A DNA stretch of 64,000 bases from Lama glama. Its lineage: Eukaryota. The notes under the pieces are model-generated. The model ran no database searches, had not been told where the DNA came from, and was given only the letters and a program-made list of their open reading frames with translations. Both the position numbers and the translations under genes were made by a program. Positions 26,071 through 39,275 of the stretch are shown piece after piece. The stretch lies in contig CM052833.1 of NCBI GenBank assembly GCA_028534125.1, positions 5,828,001 through 5,892,000 on the forward strand, in the 5' to 3' direction. Numbering within the stretch: position 1 is the stretch's first letter; every line of letters begins with the position of its first letter.

Positions 26071-26149
26071 TGTTATCACCACAGCTGGGAGTACTGAGGA
26101 GAACATCCTCAGATGTCACAGGATTCCCATTACAATAGGATCATCAAAA

Positions 26150-26250
26150 TTTTTTTTTATTGAAGTACAGTCAGTTACAATGTGTCAATTTCCAGTAAAC
26201 GGCACAATGTCCCAGTCATGTGTATATATACATATATTCGTTTTCATATC
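26150..26250 (-). mobile_element. Very short L1 3' end
   Basis: tttttttattgaagtacagtcagttacaatgtgtcaatttcc. Flanked by atcaaaatttt and atcaaatttt, a probable TSD. Confidence 0.65.
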
Positions 26251-26894
26251 AAATTTTCAAACTTTACAAATAAGCAACTGTAGGAAAGATTTAGAACATG
26301 ATACATGACACTACATAAACTATGAAAAGCCACATTTCTGTTTATTCTAATATTTAAGTGTCATACGCAATATATTTCTTACCAAAAAGGAACCAACCAA
26401 ATGTAGGTACCACCTGGTGTAAAAATCAAACCCGATCACTTCAGACTGCCCTCTTCCACTTCCTTTATCACCGCACCTGATGCTACCTTAGTCTCAATAT
26501 GACTCAAATCACGCAGTGTATTTGAGTTTCAGCCACATTTAATAAGATCTGTCTTGGTGTCCTCATGGACAAGATGCAGTATGTGGGTTGGAAGAAATCA
26601 CAGTTTGGCAGACTGGTAGGAGGTTGAAAAACCAAGTAAAGAACATCGAAATGGTTTACTAGTAAGAGCATGGAGTTAGATGTAGAATCAGAAATCAAAT
26701 TCAGTACTTGCTAGCATGATTAAAGATTAAATGTGGTAATACATGCAAGGAATCATTTGTAATAGTATATACATGGTAGATGTTCCGTAAAAGTTGTTTT
26801 CCTCCCATCTCCCCATTAATTAATTGCTGTCAACCTACAGGAAATTAGGCTTGGAGAGCTTTGTCCTCAAACCCTGTCCTCTCCAGGTTTTCAG

Positions 26895-27200
26895 TCAATT
26901 ATCAGGATGAAAGCATCAATGGCATAATTGTTATATTTGCAAACGGTACAAAGCTGGGAGAAACAGGTGACATACCGGATGGTTGAATTTGTATCCGAAA
27001 AGTTCTAAACAGCCTGGAAACTTGATCTAGTTCAAAAATCACAAGATCACATTCAGTAGGGATAACCATAAAGTCTCTCTACATGGTTCCAGGTTCCAAA
27101 AGTTTAACTCCATAGACTACATGGTAGAGAAACGCAAACTTCCGTTTTCAAACAAAAGTTGACTGTGATTCAGAGTTGAATCTGATTCTGTGTTTTTGCA
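26895..27200 (+). mobile_element. CR1/L3 LINE reverse-transcriptase remnant
   Basis: 26936-26959 translates FANGTKLG, a decayed CR1 FADDTKLG motif. Confidence 0.5.
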
Positions 27201-30200
27201 AAAAGTAAATTGTGCAGGCCTTTAAATATCAGACTGTGGGCCTATGACAGTCCAATCTGTTTTCCAGGTTCCAACTTTACTTAAATCCTAGCACTTTGTG
27301 GGCAGGGGAACCGTATCCAATACTATTGGAACGCTGCCTATTTTAATACACGTTACATTTGGCATGCAGTCTCCTTACATTCAGCTGGGGGAACTTGAAA
27401 CAGAAGGCCTTTCAAAGGGACTCCGCTGGCATCAGGCAGAGTCACCTGGAGAGATGGAAGACACTTTCCTTCCCCTTGGGGGCTGAGCCCTCCCCTTGCC
27501 TCACAAAAGCTATTCTTATATTATTATATTAAACATTTTCATTAAAGAAATTAAATTACATCTAAATTATTGACATTTTAAAATACTTCATGTTAATAAA
27601 ATCAAAGAGGAAACAGAGAAAAGGACATACTTAAAAACCAATTATCCTGACTGAATTCAATCTTACAATTTGCCTGCAATTCATAAAACGATTCCAGCTG
27701 TGTTTCTTTTGGTTTTTGCTGCTAGGAGTAATTCAGTGAATAGTCCCCAAACCAATCCTATGTCTTTCTTGATTCTCCCTAGGAATCTTTATAGCAAAAT
27801 CTCCAATTTTTCCTCTCTGAAACTTCAGAATAATTACATGATAAATTCAAAAGACTTGCTAGAAATACAAAGGGCGATGGGCATGGATCTCCCCTCTCAG
27901 TGTAGGAAGTGCTGGCTTCAGATTCCTGAGCCTGGCGGCGAGAGGGGCTGCCTTGTAGCCCTTCCCCAACCATAAATTCTTCTTTCTGGTTATCTCTTCT
28001 GGATTCCCTGGTCCCTCCATCTGGTCTGCTGTATTACTGAGCAATGTTGCCCCCAAACTGCAGGCTCAGATATGCCCTGGACTCTGGGGACAGCCTGATC
28101 TTTATCCAGGGATCTGGGGCATTTTATGGCAAGACTGGAATTCTTTGGCATGAATACAGCCTAACTTCTAGTCTTTCTAGGACCTTATCTCCCAGTAACT
28201 GGGCTTCTGAATCCAGAAATCTGAAACTCTGCTGCAGAGTGTGCGTCTGGTTCCCGTGTGTCTGAATCCCTTACCTCACAGCCTGCCCGCCTCCTCAGTT
28301 CCTCTTGAACTGGACCCTGTCTTTCATTTGACAGCTAATCTCTCACCCACACCCCCAAAGAAACGGTAGTCCTGCCTCTGAACTCATGACAGTGCTGAGA
28401 GGTCCAAGGAGGCTTACAATCTGCTTCCTGCTCCAGGCTGAGCTCCACCTGCCCCACTCAGTGAATGTTCTTCATTTTCTCTTAAGGTAACCAGCGAGTT
28501 CTTCTTATTTATGAAATTTAATAGACAATCTACTCAACTCTCACTCCTTCTTCCAGTATTTCACATTGTGGAATACCCCTCTCTCACAATCCTCTTCCCT
28601 TCCCGAAGGCAATTCAGTGTCCTTCCAGCCCTCAAATCTATATTCCATTCTGCAGTTTTAGCCACATCATCTTCCTAGGGGCTCATTAAATACCCAGATC
28701 TTCCAAGAATTCCTTCCATCACTTATCTCCATATTCATCTGTCCCAAATCCTGCTGATTCTATGTCCTATGAGCCTGCCCCCTTTCTCAGTCGCCTCCAT
28801 GTGGCCTTAGTTCAGGTCTCAACATCTCTCGGACCTTTGCAAGATCCTCCTACCAGACATTTCGCCACCACCTCATCCTCCATCTCATTATCCGGGAGAG
28901 CTTTCTAAGCTACAGGTCATGCCCGGGGCAGATTCAGGCTTTGTGGAGCTTGACGGTTACCCCATTTAGAATGCCCTCTGTAAAATAAACGACTTATCTT
29001 TCAAGTTTTGCAAAAAACATATGACTATGAGCACATTGCTTGGGATCTTCCCAAGGTTTTGGAAAGACCTGTGCAAATGAGCGGCCCTGACGTTTCACAG
29101 TAAATGCGTGTCTAGCAAATGCCAGCCCTGTGATGAAAACTTTCAGTGGCTCCCCACCAGCTGGGGGATGATGATATTTGAAGTACTTTATGAACATCTT
29201 TTTACCGCTTAATACTCTTTTATAAGCTGTTCCTGTATCTGTAATGTTTTTCCTTCCTCCTAACCTGGCCAAATCTTATGAACCTTTTCAGGAATCGGCA
29301 ACTTTTACCTCATTTGTGACGTCTGCCCAGTATGATTTTGGCATTTCTTTCCCCTGCACTTGTAAAACTTTGTATTTTTACCTATATTCTAACACAACCC
29401 ATTGTATTGCAGTTGTTAGATTTTGCTCCCATCACTGGATTGTGAGGAAGAGGCCATGGTTTATCCATCTTATAGTCACAACACTTGGTATAGTGGCTGT
29501 CCCATAGAGAGCATTTAATTAATGCTTAACGAATGCATGAGTGAATAAACGACTCTAGGTCTGGTGCCTCTTGCTTCAAAACTTGTGGACATGATGCTCT
29601 GTTCAGCTTATTTATGACCCCTTTCTGAACCATCCTGGCCGAGACCAACTTCCAGGATTGCTACCTACTGCCCGTCATTATACAACTTGAATACCTTTAT
29701 CAATCTGGCTGGATTTCCTGTTATCAGCTGCTGAATCCGTCTTTCCACTTCCCCAAGCACATGCTCCAGCCTGATGAAGATAGCTTTCCAGGTGTGTGTC
29801 CCAGGCATTGCAATGGGTGCTAATTTCTAGTTCTTACCCACTTATGATCTCCGGAAAGTAACGTCACAACAAGAGAGAGAGAGGTGACGGCTTGAAAACC
29901 TACCGTGATAATTTGTGGTGGTGATTATGATGTGACTGTAACTGTAATAGGAGCAAGTAAAACTGTAATGGGGGAAGTGACTCCATCCTGCCTGGAACAG
30001 ACTCATCTTACACTTTAGGAAAGTTTTCTAGTAACAAAAGATGGAGGAGAATCACCTCTACTTTTTTGTCCATTGGCTTTCCCGGGGACGAGGTTATTTC
30101 ACTGGCTTCTTCTATGCTTGGTCAAGGAAATTGCGCTGTAGGTACTGACTGAGACTGAGTCTCTCACAGCTTGCCCCTGGGAACTAGCTACATTTACGTA

Positions 30201-30518
30201 CAAACATTTGGGAAACAACAATCCTTTGATCTGTATAATAGTAATGAGCACACAAAGAGTGGGAAATGGCCATTCTAAAGAACAGGACAGCTCGACCCAT
30301 CTGGGGCTCTCAGCATGTTCTCTTCGGGCACTTGGAAATCTCCACATAGCCTCTTATGAGCTGTGTTAATATGTGTCCAACTTCTTGGACAAGTCATTTC
30401 TTCTAAGCCTGTTTGTTCATCTGAGGATAAACTTGAGACTAAATGAGATGAATGTAAGGGACTTAGTGCAAGTTTAATAAATGTTGTTACTGTTATTAAC
30501 GCCTCTGCTCTTGGCTAA

Positions 30519-30544
30519 ACACACACACACACACACATACACAC
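30519..30544 (+). repeat. (AC)n microsatellite
   Basis: acacacacacacacacacatacacac. Confidence 0.9.
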
Positions 30545-31779
30545 TGCTTTATAGGTTAACTTAAATGCCTATTAAATATCAAAAATCTTTATTCTGACTG
30601 CAATTGAACAAATGTGCACAATTTAAATGTGGTGCTGTGGATTTTAGCCCCAAAATGTATGTGAAGGCAAAAGATACTAGTGCAGGAAAGGACCAAAGTA
30701 TAAAATCCTAGAGCAAACACATGCGATAAATAGAAGTTGGTATTGATCATCAGTCTAAAATAGCTATTAGCATATTTTGCCTGATTATAATTGTTAAACT
30801 ACTGTATTTGTTTATGAACATCTTCTCAGAGAAAGTCTTCAGCCTTGCATTTGTACTATGCAAGCATAAAGGAACCCTCACGTTAACATGAATAGCAAGG
30901 TCCTATGATTGTGCAGGTGATGTTCAAGCTGGGGTAACATCCCTGATTTTCACTGTCTTTTAAAATTCTTTATGTTTTTCTCTCTAAATTTAATTAAAGA
31001 TGAAATTATAGATCTACTGGAATTTTCCTTCCTCAGTACAGGGTTTTTTAAAGTAACTGTGATCAGCTGTATATTCCTCTTAATTGACACACATTCTGCA
31101 TCCAACTGGTAAGATCTGGTTCTTTTGCTTTGGAAGCTGAAGCAAAGCAAGCACATCCCAAACTGACTCTATACAAGTTTTATCACTACTTTTCTAACCA
31201 CCCCAACTGTGAGTGGTATCAAGTTTTCCCAGGAGATCTGCTACTTGAAAAGGCTCTTGTGAAACAATTCTGCCTGCAGGATCCCCAGAGCAGGCAAGTC
31301 AGCCATGAAAAGAGTTTTGAGATTGGCCTGCAGTTCATGATGCGACTCAAGATTTTACTGTTCAGTGATGGCTACTCCCAAAGATGCAGGTTAAACATAA
31401 ACCCCAAACTCTACATAGTAAGCTACAAATTATTGTGAAGAATTTGAATATTTTGAAGAAAACCTAGGATCTTTAAAAAAATAATGAAATCCAAACTGTG
31501 TGAAAGCCGTTTGTTTTTAAATGAAAGCTCTTACCAGCAAAGGATACCCAACAGCTTAGCGGGCACTCCCTTTCCCTTAAAATTTCTCCCATGGTGTTCG
31601 CTGCCTTAAACTTTTTATGTAATAGAGCAGAGAATAAACAAATATACCTCAGAGTTCCAATGCCAGAAGTTTGGATTACATCTTTCTGAATTTTTTTTTG
31701 CAAGTCCCGGAGCGGGAATATTCAATCAGATTTCAATCTTCAAATATTTATTAAGAACATATCTTTTCTAAGAGATGAT

Positions 31780-33340
31780 ATGCAATGATTTTTCAGGGCA
31801 TATTTTTAAATTCAAAAAGCAAGATGCAAAAGAATGTATATAGTATAGTTATTTTTTGTGTAATGAAATATGTAAAATAAAAACATATATAACAAGAGTA
31901 TATATATATTTTTGCCAGAAAGAAACATAAGAATTATAAACCAGAAACTAGTAAGTTTGATGACCTGTCATGAGGGTGTAAGACAGGAGGTGTCAGGGAG
32001 AGATGGGAGTGAGACTTCACTAAGTAAACCTTTTTATAATATTTTGGGTTTTTAATTAAGTAAACATTCTACATATTCAAAAACTAAAATTAAATCAAAA
32101 GGATGAAAAAAGTGCATGCTACACTGGAATAGGAACAGAAACAAAGCAAACTAAATTTGTATCAAATTGATTTTAAATAATGAAATAAAATAACCTCACA
32201 GAGGAAAGAATCAAGTCGAGTAAATTCTGAACATAGTATTCTGACCATCAACTTTTGTACAACGTATTCTAAAGACAAAGAGCTATGTTTCCTATAACAA
32301 TGTATGGGAATCATTTTCTCCACACCCTTGACAGCACTTGGTGTTGTCACCATTTTTTATTCCAGCCATTCTGACAGGTGAGTTGTGAGCTCTCATGGCG
32401 GTTTTAATTTGCATATCCTTAACCACTAATGATGATGACTATGTTTTCATGAGCTTACTTACCATCTCTATATCCTCTTTGGTGATTTTTCTCTATTGTT
32501 TTTCGTTTTCCATTTCATTGATTTTTTTACTCCTATGATTGTTACTTCCTTCTTTCTACTTGTTTTGAATTTATTTTGCTTTTCTTTTTCTAAGCTCTTA
32601 AACTGGGAGCTAGATTATTAGTTTCTACTTACAAGAAGCGGCTAGAATAGTCAAATTTATAGAGACAGAAAGTAAAACGGTGGTTATTAGGGGCTGGAAC
32701 AAAATGAGGAGTGAGTGTTTAATGGGCACAGAGTTTCAGTTTAGGATGAGGAAAAAGTTCTGGAGGCACATAGCACTGGTGGCTGCACAACAGTGCAGAT
32801 GTACTTAATGCACTGAACTCACAAAGAAATAATCAGAAAATTTCAGAACGAGGAACATTTTGCAAAATAATGGGCCTGAATGTTCCCAAAAAAAGCAATG
32901 TCATGAAAAATTAAAAAGACGGAGGGATTTTTCTAGAGATGGAGCCAGATTAGTGGTACAACAAATAAAATTGATGTGTGAACTTTAATTGAATCCTTGA
33001 TTTCCTTTTAAAAATCTAGAAAAGATATTTGGGTGATAATGGGGGATGTTAAAAGATGAGTTGTATATTAGAATACATAGAATTATTGTCAATTTTGTGA
33101 TAATGGTACTGCGGTTATAAAGGAGAATGTCCTTCTCAGGAGATGTATGCTGTTATTTTTGACTTGTGGTATGATGTTTACAACTTACTTTCAAATATTT
33201 CAGCAAAATATCAACATATAGAGAGAAAGAGGGAAAGTGGAAACATGTTAACAATTGGATAAATCTAGATGAAAGGTACATGGGTAGCTATTGAATCATC
33301 TTTCAGCTGTTTTGAAAGCTTGACATTTTTCGAAATTAAT
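31780..33340. mobile_element. Mosaic of old L1M fragments in both orientations
   Basis: Reverse L1: cagccattctgacaggtg ... gttttaatttgcat. L1MB 3': atagtcaaatttatagagacagaaagtaaaacggtggtt ... gggcacagagtttcagtt. L1MC/ME-like 3' sequence continues to about 33340. Confidence 0.65.
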
Positions 33341-34832
33341 TTGGGATGGGGAGTACCATTTGCTGACTGTTCATTGTGGCGGACAGGGCAGGAATGGAAG
33401 TACTCCCTCACCTTTTCTAAATATACAGAAATTCTAGACAAAAATTTTTTGTCCTTAATACCTGGCTAGGCTTGAAAGCAAGAAAAAGAAAGCCCAGCTT
33501 CCAGAAATGAATGGAACTTAGTGGCAAAGTGTTGAGTAGAAGCTGAACTAAACAGCCAAGGGACATCCCAGCCAGGAATAGACGCTGGGGGCTGGCGGGG
33601 TGCGATGGGGGCAGCTGGACTAAACTTATGAGCCTCAGGAAAGACTCTCTGCATTAGGAATTAAAACAAAACCAAACCGCCTCAACCTCATAGAACTGGC
33701 GTGGCTGCAGGCTGTCTGCCCAGAGAGGCGAGTGGAAAAGGGGGAGAAATCAGAAACCCAGCCCAGCCCCATGAGCGGATACCGGCCAAGTCCAGAACCT
33801 GTAAAATCCCAGCGAAAGTGAATGGGAACGAGGCCCACAGGAGCACCTCCACAATCCAACACAAGAAGCCAGACTGGGGCACAAATGAGGGAATTAATGC
33901 TACTTTATCTGGCTCTGCTTTAAAAAAAAACAAAAACAAAAACACTCTGAGCTCTCAGTTGAATATTCCTGGAATTTCCCTTGCCTGTCTGCAGGAACTG
34001 GAGGAGAGAAGATATTTAAAGGTGATTATAGCCTCTCCTCCCCTAAGCCAGACTCTAAAAATACATTTTAACCCCAAGCATCAGATTTTTCTGCATGGCC
34101 TTAAATTACCTGATTATTAAACAATCAGTTTTATCTGGAGGAGATGTCATTTTGTCATTTACTTTAAAGTAAAGGGACAGAGGTTGTTTCCCACTGATGG
34201 AGCTCTCTGGATACTTCAGTCCTCCGTGGAGACGCACTCTCTCCTCCTGCTTTGGGTACGAATTTCTGAAAATGACTTCCTCCCAGAGATCTTTCTGTCT
34301 TGTGTTCTGATGATTTACTGAAGAAGGTATTTTTCCAGTTCAATAAACTCCCCTTATCTCTTAGCATTTTCCCCTCCCTGTTTTATAATCTGCTAAGTGC
34401 TGCTTGTGGCTTCTAACATCTGACAGCTTGCAAGAATAAAGGACACTTATGCACAGATTCCCATTTAAAAGAGTGCAGCTTCTTGGTTTTTTTATATTTT
34501 TTTTTTGATTTTTTTAAGTACTAGATATTGGCCTGACTGAAATTCCATTTTGGGTATGAGAGAATGAAGATTGATTTCCTGGAATAATTAACCACGACAG
34601 TCACTGTCCTGGGCTTTTTTTCTCTTCTTTCTTCAACCATGCCTCATCTCACAGCCTGTGGCCTCCTCTCAGGACCTATATTCTTTTTCCAAGTCAGTGG
34701 AAATCATGCTCCCTCTTCTAGAATCTGCCAATGCTAGGTGCTCGCCAGATGATTGTAATTATCAGGGAGCACTATTTTGGAAGTGAGCTGAAAACTTCCA
34801 CCAGTCAATCCGAACTCTGCCCTCTAGAGGTA

Positions 34833-35637
34833 CAACTGATTCTTATGGTTTACAGATTCATAGTTGCAAATTCACCTGCAAATCAGTACCTTCAACAGGT
34901 CCACGAGATTTGCGAACATGTACAGCGTGGAAACAAAGCTGAGTAACCCAACACGCACATTCCCAAATGAGACCAAACAAGGCAGTGTTCTGCCTTCCTG
35001 TTCCAGCTGTCATATCATGTAGAAGTGTTCTTTTGTGGTCGATTAGGGCCACATTTTGGGGGGTTTTTTTGGTTTTTTTTTTTTTGCATTTTTGTGTTTT
35101 GTTGGTGATTTCACAATTTAAAAGACCCCCAAGCATAGTGCTGTCTGGTGTTCCTAAATGCATGAGGGCTGTGATGTGCCTTACAGAGAAAATGCATGTG
35201 ATAGAGAAGCTTTGCTCAAGAATGAATTATAAGGGGGGAGGGTGTAGCTCAAGTGGTAGAGCGCTTGCTTGCTTAGCAAGCATGAGGTCCTGGGTTCAAT
35301 CCCCAGCACCTCCTGTAAAAATAATAAACAAACCTAATTACCGTCCCCCATCAAAAAAATAAAATTTAGAAAACATTTTTAAAAGACTGAATTATAATGT
35401 TATTGGCCATGAGTTCAATGTTAATGAACCAACTGTACACTAAATAAGGTGTCTAACAAAAAACACATATAAAACAAGGTTATCAATTGATGGGTTGACA
35501 AAAACATAACCAGAGGCTCAAAGGAATCTAACCCTTTATTTCCCCTAGGAGCAATGAGGTATTCATTAATTTAGTGTAATTGGCAACTTTATAAAACTTT
35601 ATAAAACGTAACTATTGTGAAAAATAGGAACCAACTG
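34833..35637. mobile_element. MER82-like TcMar-Tigger DNA transposon interrupted by a SINE
   Basis: TA flanks with terminal inverted repeats (ta|caactgattc ... ggaaccaactg|ta). Internal sequence gctgtgatgtgccttacagagaaaat ... gagttcaatgttaatgaa ... tttcccctaggagcaatg. Confidence 0.75.
35233..35382 (+). mobile_element. tRNA-Ala-derived camelid-type SINE (vic-1-like) with 15-bp TSD
   Basis: ggggagggtgtagctcaagtggtagagcgc ... ttagcaagcatgaggtcctgggttcaatccccagcacctcc, with A and B boxes and an A-rich tail. TSD aagaatgaattataa (35218-35232) and aagactgaattataa (35383-35397). Confidence 0.85.
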
Positions 35638-38240
35638 TACTTCTTCATGCTAACACATAGTTCACATTTTATCAGAGAAAAAAAAAGTGGGTTTCACATT
35701 TTTAGAGATGGGATGGAAGGGGGAAAAATAGATATCAGTGAGGAGGAATCAGGAAAATTATCATTGGAAATTGTCTTTGAATTTTTTCCAACCTCTTCTT
35801 AGAAATACAAAGGCTCTCTCTTAGGGCATGATGAGAGTCAGAGAACAATTAGACTAAGAGCCTGCCAGCATTAACTGTCCTAGCAACCACCTCACTTACA
35901 GTGTACTTTACATTTTATGAAGTATTTCCACAGGCATTATTTCATTTGCTTTGCATTTACAGCTCCCACTGTGAGACAAGGAGTAGTATTATACCTGTTC
36001 CCAAATGAGGAATTTAGAGCCTTAAAGAGGAAGCCAATTGATCCGCCCTCACAGCCTAGCAGGGGCATCACTGGGACTTGAACCAGACCTTTTGGTGCAG
36101 CGTGCTCTTCCTATCACATCATTGTCTTTCAGGAAAGTTGTGGTTCTCCTACCTCTTATTGCTCCTCCCCTTTATTAGTCCATCATTCTTGATCCCCAAC
36201 TTCATAATCCATTAAGCTAGATTATTGTTGAAAACCCAGTCCTCAAAGGAAAATGTGTCTTGGTTGCACAAACAGCAACTTAGAAGCCTCCCATTGTTCA
36301 AGAAGCATCCAGCAAGGGCAGGCTGTGTTCCCAACTCTGGACACCAGGAAGAGGAAAGTAGAGGAAGTTTTGTTTATCCAGGGAAAGAAAGTTGGCAGAT
36401 ATGAAACTGAGTAACGTTGGTACTGTGTAACCAAGCCATCACCACTTAAATCACCTCACAGTTGGGGCATACTGGTAGCGTACTCTGGAAAGAGTTGGGA
36501 TCTGTCCACTGGCCAAGGAAAATTAAGCTTGCAGGTTGGAGTCTATGTGCACATCAGTACGTAGTACAGCCATGCCACCATTTAGGGCTGAAGAAGCATT
36601 TCAGAAAATGGAAAATTCAAGAGAATCAGCAGAGAACTTACAGAGAAACAGTCCCAACCTCATTTTCATTGACTGTAACTACAGCCTGTAATCACTCCTC
36701 AACCAGGGCTTCATTGGCTCCTGTACAGATACCTCTGTAGGCTTTAGAATTGTTCTAATGGTGTTCCTAGGTAGGCCCAGGGAGCCAAGGTACCTAAGCA
36801 GATTTGAGGCCGCATTGACCTGACCAATGATGGCCTAGAGCCAGTCAAATTTGCATTTGAACTTGCGGGACCTACTTTAACCTTTAAAATAATGCCGTTT
36901 TTATTTGTCCTTTGGAGACCATGAGATCACTTGCTATTAATTAAGAGATCATAGTAAGAAGATGGTTGTTAATGCCAAACAAAAGAATCCCTAAGGAAGA
37001 AACAAAATTAAAAGATGAGCTAGTACGTGTCAAACTGAGGAAGACAAAGCAGAACAGCCCCCTCCACCAGCTGCTCCACTGGCTACTCAAATCACCCCCA
37101 AATGAGGTGGCTCTAAAGAGATAAGGCTATATTGGATGTAGAGATTTCAAAAGCCTAGAGTTCAGCCTGCCTAGCGATCTGGTGTTCAGAACAGTCCTCT
37201 ATCCACAACACACTGCTTCAGAGAAGTATCTTCCAAATTCTGGAGAAAGCACTGGGCACTTTGGTAAGTATCACCCTGGACATTGTTTTTGCTTACCTGG
37301 AGGGGAGAGGAAAATGTAAAAGAAAAAAAAAATTGACCGCAAATCTGACCTCAAGTCACACGCATAACAGATCACATTGTCCACATCTTCCTTTTTTCAT
37401 CTGGGAACAGAGGAGATATAGAGAAAGTTGGATGGACAAGCAAGACCCCCCACTATGTAACTTTCCACGAGAGCTGCAGACTCAGGAGGCCATCAGAGCA
37501 CCCACACTGTTTAGGTATTTTCCTGGGCTGCGAATTCTCACTGGATGGAGCTGGGACTTGGAGGCACGAGAGGGGAAAGACTTCAAAGCCCCAAGATAAT
37601 ATTTTAAAGGAAAGACTAAGTGTTAGTAAATTAAGAAGAGCGTCCAAGCATCAGACTCATTTACTATGTCTCAATAATTGAGAAAGAGTAAAATGCGTCC
37701 TTCATTCAGAATTAAATACTAGTTCAACGGCAGGCAAATGGGGACACTCTGCCCCTCTCTGCCCTCGGTCTTCCCTGGGCAGATAAGGATGGAGCCAATC
37801 CTTCTGGACAGAAGCCACTGGCCGCTGATACTGCTGTAATTATTATCATTATGAACAATCTCTTTCCTTCATGCTGGAAAATGTATTGACTTATTTACCT
37901 GATCAAACTGCTTGGATGTCCAAAAGCCACGAGGAAATATTTAGGGGGGAAAATGGCCCATTGCATTTCTAGTACATTCCTACGTGTAAGTAAGAGACTT
38001 TTGATTTGTTTTATGTCTGAATGAGACTGGGATTCCAGGTCTGCCCCGCAGGAGAGGGAAAAAAGAGGAGGAGGGAGGGTGAGCAGCAGGTCACTCATTT
38101 TTGCCTTCCTGACAGAAAGTGACATTTATCCTCACCACTCTGTCGGAGGCCTGAAATTCTCATGTCTTTACAAAATATTTTTCTATTTAGTTGAATCAAG
38201 CAGCACAACCACAATACGTCTTCCGTCTGGGACTGCCTTT

Positions 38241-38372
38241 NNNNNNNNNNNNNNNNNNNNNNNNNNNNNNNNNNNNNNNNNNNNNNNNNNNNNNNNNNNN
38301 NNNNNNNNNNNNNNNNNNNNNNNNNNNNNNNNNNNNNNNNNNNNNNNNNNNNNNNNNNNNNNNNNNNNNNNN
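38241..38372. other. Assembly gap (132 N)
   Basis: Run of N. Confidence 1.
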
Positions 38373-39084
38373 AAGAACGAGAAGCAAAACAATGAGCACC
38401 ATTTTTTAAATCCTACGCTTAAGCCAAGAAAAACAGTTATATCACAAAATGTTAAAAGACCTTATTTTTCAGTTTCCAGGAACCTTTCATGGAGAACATG
38501 GCCTGTCTTTGTCTCAGAGCCCCTTATACTAGGCTTTCTAAATTACAAAGAAAAGAAATGGTTTATATTCAGTTTAGCTTGTTTTCAAGCTATTAGCATG
38601 ATCTGTAACAACATAAGTAATGCCATCACCTGCTTTATTTATGGAGAACGGATCACCCCTCAGCCACGTTAATTCTTTTCTTCATTCTTTGGGGAAAGGC
38701 TTAGAATTTTTTTTTTATATTTTAAGGGGTTTTCTCATTATTACCTTTATCTATTAAATGAGAAGACAGTCTTTTTAATGTTTTAATGTAGAAGACAGTC
38801 TTTTGTGAAAATATAAGTTATGCTAATGGACCCAAAATCTTGCCTGGAACTTCTAATTAAAATACTTGCCTATATTTTTGACCCAAAGGTAATAAGCACT
38901 GGATAATAGAAAGAGTGCATAGTAGGAGATGCAGGCTTGAGTTATGCTCAATTCAGACTCAGTTTCCCCAAGTGTAAAATGGGCATCATGAAAGTTTCCC
39001 ATCCCAATGTCAGAGATGCTTATTCTTTCATTTAACAAGTATTTCTCGAGCACAGCTACAGATCAGGAAGAGCAGTGCAGGACA

Positions 39085-39275
39085 CTGGTTAAGAGACAGA
39101 CTGTGTAGGCTTGAATCCCAGCGCCACCGCTGATGAGTCACAAACATGAGTAAATTTCTCCATCTATAAAATGGTACCCACCTCCTAGATTTATTGCAAG
39201 GATTAAAATAAGTAAAACACATTAATCTGTGCCTGGCATACATAGTAAACACACCACAAGCGTTAGGCATTATCA
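39085..39275 (+). mobile_element. MIR SINE
   Basis: cagactgtgtaggcttgaatcccagc ... tttctccatctataaaatgg ... gcaaggattaaa ... gtgcctggcatacatagtaa. Confidence 0.7.

Noticed and set aside
35233-35312. tRNA-Ala(AGC) gene (also 44776-44845)
   Set aside because: It has an A-rich tail, a TSD and a distorted anticodon arm, so it is a tRNA-derived SINE.
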